From Alphaproteobacteria bacterium (lineage in GTDB: Bacteria > Pseudomonadota > Alphaproteobacteria > Rhizobiales > NORP267), in the NCBI GenBank assembly GCA_028599125.1, contig JAQRMX010000032.1, forward strand, positions 1 through 54,218: 54,218 bases of DNA, read 5' to 3'. The notes under the pieces were generated by a model. It saw only the letters and a program-made list of their open reading frames with translations. It had not been told where the DNA came from and did no database searches. Below are positions 53,488-54,218 of this stretch, piece after piece. Within the stretch, counting starts at the first letter, position 1. Every line of letters starts with the position of its first letter. Position numbers and translations under genes: made by a program.

Positions 53488-53799
53488 TTGTGGAGTGCAA
53501 CATTTTTTCTAGTTCACGGCGTATTTTCGTTTCTGTACCGTTCATATCTGTATCCGTCGGAATTTCGGTCTCTTTTTATCGTTTTTTCAGGTTCAGGATT
53601 AGATGTGCCGGTATTTTTTGTTGCCTTTCAGCTTTTTATTGCCATTTACTATCTATAGATTTTGTGTACTTTTGTTAGGGCCTTATGTTCCTCTGCTATA
53701 GTTTTTTGGTGCTGTTTTTCTGGAGGGGGGGGCAAAGGGTTCTTTTCTCCGGTGGGCATTTCTGCAATGATTGTTTATTCTGTTTTTATAATTTGTCGA

Positions 53800-53838
53800 A
53801 GTTTTAGAAAAATTTCATAGTTTTAGAAAAATTTCATA
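53800..53838. repeat. 19-bp tandem duplication (AGTTTTAGAAAAATTTCAT)x2
   Basis: Read directly from the sequence. Confidence 0.9.
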
Positions 53839-54218
53839 TATTTTTGTTTTTCTTTGGTTTTTTGGTTTCAATAGGAATTTGAGAGAGTTTTTTCTTTTGC
53901 GGTTCTCCTCTTTTTGATATTTCAAATTATGATTTTTATTGATTTTACGTATTCATTTTTGAGCTGGTAGGATTTCTCCATGAGATGCGAGTCTGGGTCT
54001 CAGACGTTTTCGGAGTCTTGTTCTGAGAAACGTGTTGATTCAAGCTACAGATTTTTAGCTTTTTATTTCTCTGGTAAGAAGATTTTTTCTCATTTTCTTT
54101 CTTTCTTTTCTACTTTCCCTGTTTTTTTTGAAAGGGATGTGACACGTAATAATGCAAATCTTGTAGCGAGGGTGGAAGGTCGTCTGCCCTTGATTATCAT
54201 TCTTGTTTGTCTTTTTTT

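Overview
Chromosomal window from an alphaproteobacterium with Hyphomicrobiales/Rhizobiales-like gene order. Several signs suggest a genome-eroding, probably host-associated lineage: long decayed spacers, many pseudogene relics, strong G+T enrichment of the + strand and repeated short tandem duplications. Core blocks: SAM methyltransferase-mutT-argJ, secA-bioY, tRNA-Ser(CGA), rplU-rpmA-obgE-(no proBA)-nadD-rsfS-rlmH-envC-ctpA-YibQ-like-rppH, argH-lysA, sdhCDAB, a peptide/nickel ABC operon, imelysin plus di-heme protein, and a Zur-led metal ABC operon with no binding-protein gene. Two accessory zones stand out. (i) 1-7.5 kb holds the N-terminus of an MmeI/YeeA-like methylase, a phage relic, a comF relic, a DUF2188-hsdM relic and ybcL. 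(ii) About 12-25.6 kb ends at the 3' end of tRNA-Ser. There, defence and mobile genes (Fic mobile-mystery B, TM0106 nuclease, C5 methylase, DUF2188, hsdM) are broken, while two predicted H2O2-producing amino-acid oxidase systems stay intact: a Tat-signal CTQ GoxA/GoxB pair and a circularly permuted D-amino-acid-oxidase-like protein with a ~120-aa insertion. All family calls come from motif recognition by eye; no database search was run.
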